Shown here: in pieces, positions 1 to 8,831 of the stretch
Layout of the letters: every line of letters starts with the position of its first letter
Position numbering within the stretch: position 1 is the stretch's first letter
DNA from: Candidatus Sulfomarinibacter sp.
GTDB taxonomy: Bacteria; Acidobacteriota; Thermoanaerobaculia; Thermoanaerobaculales; Sulfomarinibacteraceae
DNA: 64,000 bases
Direction of reading: 5' to 3'
Assembly (NCBI GenBank): GCA_041560205.1
Contig: JBFFBV010000012.1
Coordinates: 2,208 to 66,207, forward strand
The notes under the pieces: generated by a model
The model's database searches: none
Told to the model about the DNA's origin: nothing
What the model saw: only the letters and a program-made list of their open reading frames with translations
Program-made: the position numbers and the translations under genes

Positions 1-113
1 CGGAACACATCGTTGGAATGTGAGAATCTGTCGCGCGTTCGGTCTGTGCCCCGACGATGTTCTGGGGACGCGGAGAACGGACGAGCGTTCGCATTGGAGG
101 GTGCTCTGAGCTC

Positions 114-1943
114 ATGAGGCGCACATCGCTGCTCGTTGCATTCCTGCTGCTGCTTGCGGGAGGTGCATTCCCTGCCAAGAAACAGGACCCGCGCGCCGAG
201 CTCGCCCAATTCTTCGGTAACGTCGACGTCAGCATCTTCAACCTGGAGGTTTTCGCCACGGATGCGGATGGACAGCCGGTCACCGACCTCGTGCTTGAAG
301 ATTTCGAGCTTTTCGTCGACGGGAAACCGACCCCGATCCTCAACTTCTACGACGGCAATCGGGCACGGTCCTTCGAAACACTGGAGCCGGACGAGGCCCC
401 CCGCGACGATCCCGATCAGGCGCTTCCACCGCCCGAAGGTCAACGGCTCTACGTTGTCGTTTTTATCGACAACACCAGCATCCGGACGTCAAACCGCAAC
501 CGGGTGATCGGCAAGCTCCGTGAGGTCCTGGACGCCAATCTCGCGCCCGAGGACAGGGTCGTTGTCGTGACCCAGGGACCCGGCCTCGAGATCCGCCACG
601 GCTTCTCTGACCCGCTGGAGGAGCTTGGCAGCACGCTCGACGCCATCGAGCTGGAGATCGGTGGCACGGGGCAGTTCAACGCCGAACGCTTCGCGATCAT
701 TTCTGAACTCAAACGCGCGAGAGCGCTGGGCCCGGGTGCAAACGTTGCTGGGTCTCCAGGCGGCGCCTTCGTTCAGGACGAGATCGTTGCTGATGCGCGT
801 ACGGTCCTCGAACGGATCCGGACCTACCAGCAGTGGCGCTTCGACACCGCTCGCCTGGCCGCCAACGCGATGGCCGAGTTCCTCGACGCGCTGTCCGGAC
901 TGGATGGTCGAAAGGCCATGCTGTACGTTGGTGAGGGCACCGCCTTCAGGGTGGCCGAGACGCTTTTTCAGGCGTGGGAGGAGAAGTATCAGTACACGTG
1001 GGGGGCCATCAGGAATCCTCCCCCGGACATGGCGTCCCTCTCGGCACCGTTCGAGGGGAACCGACGGAACCTCCGCCGCGTCTTCGAAGCGGTGGGCGCG
1101 CGCGCCGCGGCGAGCCGCGTGACTTTTTATGTGATCGACGCCGGGATGGAGTTTGCCACCACCCAGTCGAGCGCCGAGCATCCAGGCTACTCGGGCGCGT
1201 CGATGCACGAGACCTCTCGGCTGCTCCATCAGCAACAGAGCCTGCAGCTGTTGGCAGATGTCACCGGAGGCCGGCACTTCACGAATCTGGAAAACGTCGA
1301 AGGGGTCGTGGCAAACCTGTCCGACGATTTCAACAGCTACTACTCACTGGGCTTCGCCCCCGCGGATTCGCCGGATGGCGAGTACCACGAGATCAAGGTC
1401 AAAGTCCGGCGCCCCGGAGTTCGGGTGCGCCACCGTTCCGGATTTCGCGCCAAGAGCCTCGGCGATATGATGGCCGACCGGCTCCATTCGGCCCTGACCT
1501 TGGAAGTGGCCCCCAACCCGCTCGCGGTTTCCGTCAGCTCGGAAGAGTCGCGCAAGGTGAAACGCGATCGCTATCGCATCCGGTTGCTGGCGCGGATCCC
1601 GATCAAGAACTTGTTGCTGGTGCCCCAGGCCGACGAACATCTCGGGCGCATCACCGTTTGGGTGGCGGTGTCCAATCTCCACGGCTCGACATCGGATGTC
1701 CACAGCCATCGGCTTCCGGTGAGGGTCCCACGAAGGGACTTCGTTCGCGCCCTCAATCAGGAGGTGGGTTATGCGGTCGATCTCACGATTCGCGGCGGCC
1801 ACCAGCGGGTCGCGGTGATCGTGCGGGACGAGCTTTCCATGGTGTCCTCGATCGTCACCGTCGATCTCGAGAATGGGCGGGGAGTCGATCCGGAGCCGGC
1901 ACACCGGGTGGCGGTCGAAGAGGCTCCGCAGACAGGGTCATAG
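114..1943 (+). CDS. VWA domain-containing secreted protein (VWFA-related acidobacterial-type)
   Basis: ORF 57..1943. An internal Met at 114 gives the signal peptide MRRTSLLVAFLLLLAGGAF. The N-terminal FNLEVFATDADGQPV...FELFVDGKP module is followed by RLYVVVFIDNTSI, a VWA-like beta strand. Start choice is uncertain. Confidence 0.7.
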   Translation: MRRTSLLVAFLLLLAGGAFPAKKQDPRAELAQFFGNVDVSIFNLEVFATDADGQPVTDLVLEDFELFVDGKPTPILNFYDGNRARSFETLEPDEAPRDDPDQALPPPEGQRLYVVVFIDNTSIRTSNRNRVIGKLREVLDANLAPEDRVVVVTQGPGLEIRHGFSDPLEELGSTLDAIELEIGGTGQFNAERFAIISELKRARALGPGANVAGSPGGAFVQDEIVADARTVLERIRTYQQWRFDTARLAANAMAEFLDALSGLDGRKAMLYVGEGTAFRVAETLFQAWEEKYQYTWGAIRNPPPDMASLSAPFEGNRRNLRRVFEAVGARAAASRVTFYVIDAGMEFATTQSSAEHPGYSGASMHETSRLLHQQQSLQLLADVTGGRHFTNLENVEGVVANLSDDFNSYYSLGFAPADSPDGEYHEIKVKVRRPGVRVRHRSGFRAKSLGDMMADRLHSALTLEVAPNPLAVSVSSEESRKVKRDRYRIRLLARIPIKNLLLVPQADEHLGRITVWVAVSNLHGSTSDVHSHRLPVRVPRRDFVRALNQEVGYAVDLTIRGGHQRVAVIVRDELSMVSSIVTVDLENGRGVDPEPAHRVAVEEAPQTGS

Positions 1944-2885
1944 CTCTTCGAGAATCAAAATCTCGCGGTGATAGTCGAGAATGGTCCGAAACTGACCGAG
2001 TAGGCCGTTGCCGACGAGGCCGTCGAAGTTCTTGATGCTCTGGGCTGCGGGCATGCTGGTCGGGTGGAAGAACGAAGCCGGCGTGCGACCGCGGGCGAGT
2101 GATCCGATTTCGAGCCCGCCGACCGGTCCGACAAAAGCATCGACCTCCCCACCGATCCCGAGCGCTTTGACCTTCATATGATGTTCGGGGACCTTCACGT
2201 GACGGTGTGATCCGAGAATCAGCACGAGGTGGTTCTCGGAACCGGTGTCGACCATGAGCCGCAGCTTGACCGTCTTCCCCTTGACCGTCGTGACCTTGGC
2301 TCTGACGAAGGCTCGGCGGTGATCCATGATCAGCGGCACGACGTGGCCGGGACCGTCATAGCTGAAGGTCTCCGGGTCGTGGCACGAAACCGTACCGAGC
2401 GCGGGATTGATATCGACGACATAACGCTCGAAGAGTGCACTGCCGAGGAGGCCATGGAGACGGGGCCCTGCATCGTTGTCGAGCAGTGAGTCGAGGTGGT
2501 GAATGGCGAGGTCGGTGCGAAAGAGCTCGAAATCCCCCGCGCGAATCGCGAGGTCCGGCGCGATGAGGATGGGGAGCCTCGCCCCACCCATCCCCCTGCC
2601 GACACCGCCCTGTCGGGTGTGGAGGTTGAGCTCCTCGACCAGCCCGGCGTCGTTCAGGGTCGTGTGCTCGCTGCCCGAGTCGATGACGAAGTTGAGAGCT
2701 TGTGAAGCGCCGATTCGAATGGGTACCGTCACCAATCCCCGGAATTGAATCAGCTGGAGGGTGGCCGGTGTCGGAGGCGTTCCGCCGGGCAAAGCTGGCG
2801 TGGGGGAGCCGATGGTGGCGGCTCCCACTGCGAAGGCGACGAAGATAACGAGCCCCGCCGGCGACGTTTTCCGAACGATCTTCAA
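1938..2885 (-). CDS. Secreted two-lobed retropepsin-like aspartic protease
   Basis: 315 aa with an N-terminal hydrophobic signal. Two aspartic-protease triads are present (FVIDSGSEHT and LMVDTGSENH), each in a retropepsin-like context. The 3' end overlaps the convergent VWA gene by 6 nt. Confidence 0.7.
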   Translation of the reverse strand: MKIVRKTSPAGLVIFVAFAVGAATIGSPTPALPGGTPPTPATLQLIQFRGLVTVPIRIGASQALNFVIDSGSEHTTLNDAGLVEELNLHTRQGGVGRGMGGARLPILIAPDLAIRAGDFELFRTDLAIHHLDSLLDNDAGPRLHGLLGSALFERYVVDINPALGTVSCHDPETFSYDGPGHVVPLIMDHRRAFVRAKVTTVKGKTVKLRLMVDTGSENHLVLILGSHRHVKVPEHHMKVKALGIGGEVDAFVGPVGGLEIGSLARGRTPASFFHPTSMPAAQSIKNFDGLVGNGLLGQFRTILDYHREILILEEL

Positions 2886-2913
2886 GCACCAAGTCTATAC
2901 GAGGAACCCGCGG

Positions 2914-4710
2914 TCACACCCACGCCTGGCCATCCGCATCCTCGTACATGGCTTCGATGACCTCGGCGTACTTGGCGAGAAGGACGCGGCGCTTGAGCTT
3001 GAGGGTAGGCGTCAGCTCGCCCGCCTCCTGAGAGAACTCATCGGGGACGAGAGTGAACTTGCGCACCGATTCGTAGCGCGAAAAAGAGCCCATTCTGGAA
3101 TCGACGGCGCTCTTGAAATGCTCGATGACCGTGGCGTTGCCGCACAGGGATTGCAGGTCGCCTTCGATTCCCCGATCTCTCGCCCAGGACTCGAGGACAT
3201 CGGCCTGCGGGACGATGATTGCGCTGACGAAGTTCCGTTGGTCCCCGATCACCATGGCCTGCGCGATGAACTCGTGGGTCTTGAGGGCGTTTTCCAGCGG
3301 CTGCGGAGCGACGTTCTTTCCACCGGCGGTGACGATGAGCTCTTTGATGCGATCGGTAATGTAGAGGAATCCGTCGTCATCGATGTGGCCCACGTCGCCC
3401 GTGTGAAGCCATCCTTCGCTGTCGATCGTCTCGGCGGTGGCCTCGGGCTTGCGCCAGTACTCACGCATCACGATGTCACCTCGGACGCAGATCTCGCCGC
3501 CTTCGGCGATCTTGAGCTCGACCCCCGGGCCGGGCTTGCCGACGCTCCCGTATCGAAGGTCGCCTCGGGTACCTGAAGTTGCCGCACCGCTCAGCTCGGT
3601 CATCCCCCAGGCTTCGATGATGCGGATGCCCATGGCATCGAAGAACTCGGCCAGCCCTTTGGCGAGAGGGGCGCCGGTGGAGACGTAGAACTGAATCCTA
3701 CCTCCGGTCGCCGAATGGACTTTTGTGAAGACGAGCCGAGACGCGATCCGGTGTTGGGCGGTGAGAATTGGTCCCGCACTGCCCGATGCCTCCGCATCGT
3801 TGAACTTTCGACCGACGCCTATCGCCCAGTTGAAGAGGGCGCGTTTGACGGCCGAGCCCTGTTGCACGCCGGCGTGGATGCGGCCGTGGATCTTCTCGTA
3901 GACGCGGGGAACCGCCACGATGTGGGTCGGGCGGATCTCGCGAAGGTTGTCGCCCAGGGTTTCCAGGCTTTCGGCGTAGGAGATGGTAAAGCCGAAGAGG
4001 AGGGCGAAAGAATCGACAACCCGCTGGAGGATGTGCGAAAGCGGCAGGAAGGAGAGTATCGAATCACCCTCCTTGCCCTCGAAGGTCGGCCAGATGGCGT
4101 CGAACTCCGCCATGAAGTTGTGGTGGGTCAAGGCCACTCCTTTGGGGTCGCCCGTCGTGCCCGACGTATAGACGATGGTCGCGAGGTCTTCAGGGCCCGT
4201 CTCACGGGACAGGTCGATGAACTCCTCTCGGGTGTGACCCGCGCCCATCGATTTCAGTGAATCGAGGCTGATGACGAGGTCGTTTTCCTCCAATCCGTCG
4301 GGGTAGAACACGACGATCTTGTCAATCGACGGAACACGAGAGCGGACTGATAGCACCGTCTCGAGGTGCTCCATCGAGGAAACGAAGACGACCCTGGCCT
4401 CGGCGTCGTGAAGAATGTAGGCGATCTGCTCGGCGATCAGGGTGGTGTAGAGCGGCACCCCGACGAGACCTGCCGCCATGGAACCGAAATCGGTGGTCGC
4501 CCATTCGGGTCGGTTTTCCGAAAGGATGGCGACGCGCGAGCCCGGTTGGTACCCGAGCGCCTTGAGTCCAAAGGCCGTTTGTGCCGCCTGCTCGAGCCCC
4601 CAGTCGAAGGAAAAGCTGTTCCAGAAGCCGTCTCGTTTGACCTTGAAGGCCGGCTTTTCGCCGCGGCGTTCGACAATCTCGATAAAGCGCTCGTTGAGCG
4701 TTGCTCCCAT
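2914..4710 (-). CDS. fadD: Long-chain fatty acid--CoA ligase (AMP-forming)
   Basis: AMP-binding signature IVYTSGTTGDPKGV and a C-terminal PTLKLKR motif. Start taken at MGATLNERF. Confidence 0.9.
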   Translation of the reverse strand: MGATLNERFIEIVERRGEKPAFKVKRDGFWNSFSFDWGLEQAAQTAFGLKALGYQPGSRVAILSENRPEWATTDFGSMAAGLVGVPLYTTLIAEQIAYILHDAEARVVFVSSMEHLETVLSVRSRVPSIDKIVVFYPDGLEENDLVISLDSLKSMGAGHTREEFIDLSRETGPEDLATIVYTSGTTGDPKGVALTHHNFMAEFDAIWPTFEGKEGDSILSFLPLSHILQRVVDSFALLFGFTISYAESLETLGDNLREIRPTHIVAVPRVYEKIHGRIHAGVQQGSAVKRALFNWAIGVGRKFNDAEASGSAGPILTAQHRIASRLVFTKVHSATGGRIQFYVSTGAPLAKGLAEFFDAMGIRIIEAWGMTELSGAATSGTRGDLRYGSVGKPGPGVELKIAEGGEICVRGDIVMREYWRKPEATAETIDSEGWLHTGDVGHIDDDGFLYITDRIKELIVTAGGKNVAPQPLENALKTHEFIAQAMVIGDQRNFVSAIIVPQADVLESWARDRGIEGDLQSLCGNATVIEHFKSAVDSRMGSFSRYESVRKFTLVPDEFSQEAGELTPTLKLKRRVLLAKYAEVIEAMYEDADGQAWV

Positions 4711-4894
4711 CTTCAGCCTCCACCGGAATATGGCCGCGATTGTAACCGTGGCAGTGCACGACCGCAACGAGAACCCGCGGAGGCTTCAGTCGTACTTCCC
4801 ACGTGAATGTCCTCACCGTCACCGAGTTTTCCGCCACCTCCGAGACCTTTCACGGACGCGGGGCAGCGACTGGCGGCCGGGCTCGGGAAGCAGG

Positions 4895-5257
4895 ATGAAG
4901 AAGCATATGCCTCGACCTCTCACGACCAACGAGCACGAGCTCATCGAAGCCCTCCTCGGCGCGGTCCGGTCCGGGGTGGGGAGGTACATCGGTCAGCTCG
5001 AATCGGCTGAGGTGGTCGGCGGCTGCGGCTGTGGGTGCCCGAGCATCGACCTCGTCGTCGGGTCCAAAAGCGGCGAAGGGCGGGCGAAACCAGTTATCCT
5101 CGCGGATGCCGAGTCGCCGGAGGGCGTGCCGGTCGGAATCATTCTGTGGGCTCGCGACGGCCGTTTGAGCGGCCTCGAGGTCCATCCGTGGGACGGGTCG
5201 GTTTCAGTTCGATTGCCGCACCCCGAGACGCTGCAGAATCTGCGCACCGGTGGCTGA
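4895..5257 (+). CDS. Hypothetical protein with CGCGCP motif
   Basis: ATG at 4895 preceded by GGAAG. 120 aa containing VVGGCGCGCPSIDL. No recognised family. Confidence 0.45.
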   Translation: MKKHMPRPLTTNEHELIEALLGAVRSGVGRYIGQLESAEVVGGCGCGCPSIDLVVGSKSGEGRAKPVILADAESPEGVPVGIILWARDGRLSGLEVHPWDGSVSVRLPHPETLQNLRTGG

Positions 5258-5315
5258 ACCGGTTTCCCAAGAAAACTCCGAACGGCGCGGGCTAGAATAC
5301 GGCGCAGGAGGCGTC

Positions 5316-5504
5316 ATGGGTGAAAACGGCGGTAAGGGTTGCGGTTGCTGCGGCGGCGGCATCATTGGCAGCATCGGCGCGGTTCTCGCGGCCTTGCTGA
5401 GCTGGAGCGTCAACCACAGTATCCTCTGGGCGCTCGTCCACGCCTTTTTGAGCTGGTTCTACGTCATCTATCACTGGATCGCGTACGGGAAGCTCCTCCC
5501 GTGA
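5316..5504 (+). CDS. Small membrane protein (62 aa) with Gly/Cys-rich N-terminus
   Basis: Strong SD AGGAGG lies 5 nt upstream of the ATG at 5316. The protein has two hydrophobic helices (IIGSIGAVLAALLSW, ILWALVHAFLSWFYVIYHWI). Its stop overlaps the next gene's GTG start (GTGA). Confidence 0.55.
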   Translation: MGENGGKGCGCCGGGIIGSIGAVLAALLSWSVNHSILWALVHAFLSWFYVIYHWIAYGKLLP

Positions 5505-5947
5505 CCGCCGGTGGCTGCCACTGCGGGAACATCCGTTTTCGCCTCCGGTGGCCGGCCCCCGGGAAACCGATGTCGGCCCGGGCCTGCGGCTGCTCCTTTT
5601 GTAGACCGCGCCGCGCCACCTACACGTCGCATCCCGAGGCGCGGCTCGAGGCCCTGATCGCCGACGAAAATCGGCTCAGTAGGTACCGCTTCGGAACCGC
5701 CACGGCGGAGTTTTACGTCTGCCGTGAGTGCGGCGTACTGCCCTTTGCCACCAGCGAGATCGACGGGCGCCTCTACGCGGTGGTCAACGTGCTGACCTTC
5801 GATGAGGCCGGCTCGATGGACTTTGACATCTCGTCAACCGATTTTGACGGCGAGACACGCGAGGAGCGGTTGCGGCGACGAGCACGGAATTGGATTGCAG
5901 ACGTCTCCGTGTCGTTCTCCTCGAATTCGAGCGGCGACGGCAGATAG
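5501..5947 (+). CDS. GFA (glutathione-dependent formaldehyde-activating/CENP-V-like) family protein
   Basis: Cys-rich zinc motifs GGCHCGNIRF, CGCSFC and CRECG. The GTG start at 5501 overlaps the stop of the preceding small gene. Confidence 0.7.
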   Translation: MTAGGCHCGNIRFRLRWPAPGKPMSARACGCSFCRPRRATYTSHPEARLEALIADENRLSRYRFGTATAEFYVCRECGVLPFATSEIDGRLYAVVNVLTFDEAGSMDFDISSTDFDGETREERLRRRARNWIADVSVSFSSNSSGDGR

Positions 5948-5970
5948 CAGATTGCTGTGAGCCGACAGCT

Positions 5971-6654
5971 TCAATTGACCACGCCGGACTCTCCGAAATT
6001 CTGCTCCGCATACTCCAGGACACGGTCGTAGTTCTCGTAGTCCTGGCAGTGGTCCTGCAATAGGTGGAAGACGTCGGTCGCCTTCTCGATCTCTCCAGTG
6101 TCACCGTAGGCCACCATCAGCTGTTCGAGTGATTCGCAGTCGTAGCGGCGGGTGAAGGCGGCGGCCTCGGAGAACACGGTGCTGTAGCCACCCTGGTTGG
6201 TCCAGCTCAGACACAGCGCGAGAAAGGTGTAGATGTGACCGATGTAGGTCTCGTCGTAGACCTCGTGCATGTAGGGCAGGCAACGGAGGAAGTTGGGGAT
6301 CGCCTGTCCATAGTCACCGTCGTCGAACAGGATCACACCGAGGGTGTAACACGACTGGCAGTACACGCTGAGCACGTCGTCGAAGGATTCCAGATACGGT
6401 TTGTAGGAAGCGACGGATTGTTCGAGCAGGGATCTGGCGCTGTCGATCTCCTCGAGGTCGTAGTGAATCGTGCCCATCAACCCAAGCAGGAAGTTCCGCC
6501 AATTCACCTCTTCTTCGCTCGCCACCAGTTTCTCGAGGTCACTGATGTCGCTGTGGTCCGCGGTGCGCTCATCCATCCGTTCGATGGCGCGCTCGATGCC
6601 CGCTGCCACCAGTCCGCTCGCGTCACTGCCGGTGTACCACTCCGGGATTTGCAT
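5971..6654 (-). CDS. Hypothetical acidic helical-repeat (TPR-like) protein
   Basis: 227-aa intact ORF, very acidic, with repeated helical segments rich in Y/L/E. GC looks lower than in the neighbours. No family recognised. Confidence 0.5.
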   Translation of the reverse strand: MQIPEWYTGSDASGLVAAGIERAIERMDERTADHSDISDLEKLVASEEEVNWRNFLLGLMGTIHYDLEEIDSARSLLEQSVASYKPYLESFDDVLSVYCQSCYTLGVILFDDGDYGQAIPNFLRCLPYMHEVYDETYIGHIYTFLALCLSWTNQGGYSTVFSEAAAFTRRYDCESLEQLMVAYGDTGEIEKATDVFHLLQDHCQDYENYDRVLEYAEQNFGESGVVN

Positions 6655-6722
6655 GGTCCATCCCCTCCGCCGGGCGAAGAGTGTAGCCTGATTGGCGGCG
6701 AATCACCACCTGGGTAATGAGA

Positions 6723-6728
6723 TATAAT
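6723..6728 (+). promoter_or_regulatory. Consensus -10 box TATAAT upstream of the 42-codon mini-ORF
   Basis: A perfect TATAAT ends 10 nt before the ATG at 6739. No convincing -35 or SD, which implies a very short leader. Confidence 0.35.
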
Positions 6729-6738
6729 CTCGATCGTC

Positions 6739-6867
6739 ATGGGATGTCTCAAGGGCGAATCCAAGGTCAAACCGAAACCCGGCCGCTTCCGCTGCAAGGA
6801 CTGCGGAGCTGTCGCCAAAAAGAAGAAGAAGAAGGACCTCTGCGAAGCGAAGAAGATCAAGGATTGA
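6739..6867 (+). CDS. Candidate small Lys-rich 4-Cys protein (42 aa)
   Basis: Hand translation gives MGCLKGESKVKPKPGRFRCKDCGAVAKKKKKKDLCEAKKIKD. It is below the ORF-track length cutoff. It is flanked by TATAAT upstream and a strong hairpin immediately after the stop. Confidence 0.35.
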   Translation: MGCLKGESKVKPKPGRFRCKDCGAVAKKKKKKDLCEAKKIKD

Positions 6868-6889
6868 TTGGCCGTCGGCCATGCAATCC
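6861..6889 (+). terminator. Hairpin overlapping the stop codon of the mini-ORF
   Basis: GGATTGATTGGCCG-T-CGGCCATGCAATCC forms 14-nt arms with one 2-nt internal mismatch, followed by TTGT (weak U-tract). Confidence 0.35.
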
Positions 6890-6976
6890 TTGTCACGGCG
6901 CAGCCCTTGGGCGAAGCCGGACCGTGGGACTGGCGGAACTCGGAAGTGTCGGGCAGGGAGACGGGCACGGGGACGA

Positions 6977-7051
6977 GAAAAAATAGCGCCCATGCCCCCG
7001 TATCGCCGACTGATTCGACCACCCTTCGGTATGGCATGGGCGCCAGTGTGA
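6977..7051 (-). ncRNA. Candidate ~75-nt small RNA (orphan promoter plus intrinsic terminator)
   Basis: On the minus strand, TTGCGC-16 nt-TATACT (7085..7058) is followed by a perfect 11-bp stem (7043-7033 / 6996-6986) with a 36-nt loop, then UAUUUUUU. No minus-strand CDS lies upstream that this terminator could serve. Confidence 0.4.
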
Positions 7052-7057
7052 GCGATC

Positions 7058-7085
7058 AGTATACGACACCCTTGGCATCGCGCAA
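7058..7085 (-). promoter_or_regulatory. Putative sigma70-type promoter (minus strand)
   Basis: The -35 TTGCGC (7085-7080), a 16-nt spacer and the -10 TATACT (7063-7058), read on the reverse complement. Confidence 0.35.
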
Positions 7086-7161
7086 GAGGGGCGCGCTATG
7101 ATTTTCGAAGCAGTTCGGCCCACGCCCGGAGCGTCGGGTGGCGGGGCCGAAATGGAGTGGC

Positions 7162-8829
7162 ATGAACGACAACAAGGTAGAGATTCGATATCGAAATGCA
7201 GTCCACTCGGTCGAGTCTGGAATCCGGATCGACGACTTTCTCACCAGCATCAACGGCGAGATCGAGGACAACGTGCTGTCGGCGCTGGTCAACCGCCGGC
7301 AGGTCATGCTCGACTTCCCCCTCCGCGGTGAAGTCGATCTCGAGCTGGTGAAGTTCGGTGACCGGGAGGGCGAGTCCGTCTACAAGCGATCGGTGAGCCT
7401 CATGTTCTACGAGGCATGTTCCGAGCTCTATCCAGAAGCTCGAAGCGTCATCGGCCAATCGCTCGGCAATTGCTACCACTACCAGATTCGCGGCGATCAT
7501 CCGGAGCTCGACGTGATGGCGCCTGCGATCGAGAAACGAATGATCGAGCTGCATCGCAGACGGCAACCGTTCCGCCGCGAGACCGTCACCATCGAGGAGG
7601 CTGAGAAGCATTGCCGGGAACGAGGTTGTGAGGACAAGCTGCTCCTCCTGGCGACCCGTCGGTCCTCGACCGTACACACCGTCAGCTGTGGTGATTTCGT
7701 GGATCTGGCCCACGGGCCGTGTGCGCCGCACACGGGCTGTTGCCCGACCTTCGGGGTGATGCCCTTCGAGGACGGCCTGATGCTCCGTTTCCCGCGGCGG
7801 GCCGATCGGAGCCGTCTCCCGAAGTTCACACCGCGGCCGCTTCTTTACACGGCCTATGTCGAAACCAGGCGATGGCAGGAGCTCCTCGGCGTGCAGAACG
7901 TGGGTCAGCTCAACCGGCTGTGCCTCAACAGCGACAGCAGCCACATCATCCGCATCGCCGAGGGCCTGCACGAGAAAAAGATCGCCCAGATTGCCGACGA
8001 GATCCTCTCGCGCAGGCCCCGAGTCCGTCTGATCACCATCGCCGGGCCGTCGTCGTCGGGAAAGACAACCTTCGCCAAGAGGCTGGGAATCCAGCTGTGG
8101 GTGAACGGCATCGACATGGTCACCCTGTCTCTCGACAATTATTACGTCAACCGTGATGCAACACCGCGCGACGACGAGGGAAAGCTGGACTTCGAATCCC
8201 TGGAGGCGATCGATCTCGGGCTCTTCCACCGCCAGCTCGCCGACCTCCTGGCCGGCGAGGAGGTGCTGACACCGCGATTCGATTTCGTCACCGGCCACCG
8301 CAAGCCGGAGGTCGACTGGGTCCCCATGCAGCTCGAGGACCATCAGGTACTCTCGATCGAGGGCATCCACGGGCTGAACGATCGTCTCACCCAGTCGGTG
8401 CCGCGAGACCAGAAGTACAGGGTCTTCATCTCGGCCCTCTCGCAGCTGGCGATGGACGACCACAACCGGATCTTCACGGCGGATGCGAGGCTCCTGCGGC
8501 GAATCGTCCGCGATCATCTCTTCCGGGGTTTCGACGCCGAGCGTACCCTGGATCTGTGGGAGCGCGTCCGTCGCGGCGAGGGGGAGTGGATCTTCCCGTT
8601 TCAGGAGCAGGCGGATGTGATGTTCAACTCGGCCCTGGTCTACGAGCCAGCGGTGCTCAAGGTCTTCGCGGAGCGGTTCCTGCTCCATGTGCCGAGGACC
8701 CAACCCGCCTACACGGAGGCCTACCGTCTGCTCAAGCACCTTTCGATGTTCGTGCCGATCTTCCCCGACGAGGTCCCACAGACCTCGATTCTGCGAGAGT
8801 TCATCGGCGGTTCTTCGTTCAAGTACTGA
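7162..8829 (+). CDS. TGS/ThrRS-SAD-like N-terminal domains fused to a uridine-kinase-family nucleoside kinase
   Basis: P-loop ITIAGPSSSGKTTFAKRL in the C-terminal PRK/uridine-kinase-like half. The N-terminal ~190 aa resemble the TGS plus second-additional-domain of Thr/Ala-tRNA synthetases. ATG at 7162 has GGAG upstream; GTG at 7138 is an alternative start. Confidence 0.8.
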   Translation: MNDNKVEIRYRNAVHSVESGIRIDDFLTSINGEIEDNVLSALVNRRQVMLDFPLRGEVDLELVKFGDREGESVYKRSVSLMFYEACSELYPEARSVIGQSLGNCYHYQIRGDHPELDVMAPAIEKRMIELHRRRQPFRRETVTIEEAEKHCRERGCEDKLLLLATRRSSTVHTVSCGDFVDLAHGPCAPHTGCCPTFGVMPFEDGLMLRFPRRADRSRLPKFTPRPLLYTAYVETRRWQELLGVQNVGQLNRLCLNSDSSHIIRIAEGLHEKKIAQIADEILSRRPRVRLITIAGPSSSGKTTFAKRLGIQLWVNGIDMVTLSLDNYYVNRDATPRDDEGKLDFESLEAIDLGLFHRQLADLLAGEEVLTPRFDFVTGHRKPEVDWVPMQLEDHQVLSIEGIHGLNDRLTQSVPRDQKYRVFISALSQLAMDDHNRIFTADARLLRRIVRDHLFRGFDAERTLDLWERVRRGEGEWIFPFQEQADVMFNSALVYEPAVLKVFAERFLLHVPRTQPAYTEAYRLLKHLSMFVPIFPDEVPQTSILREFIGGSSFKY

Positions 8830-8831
8830 TT

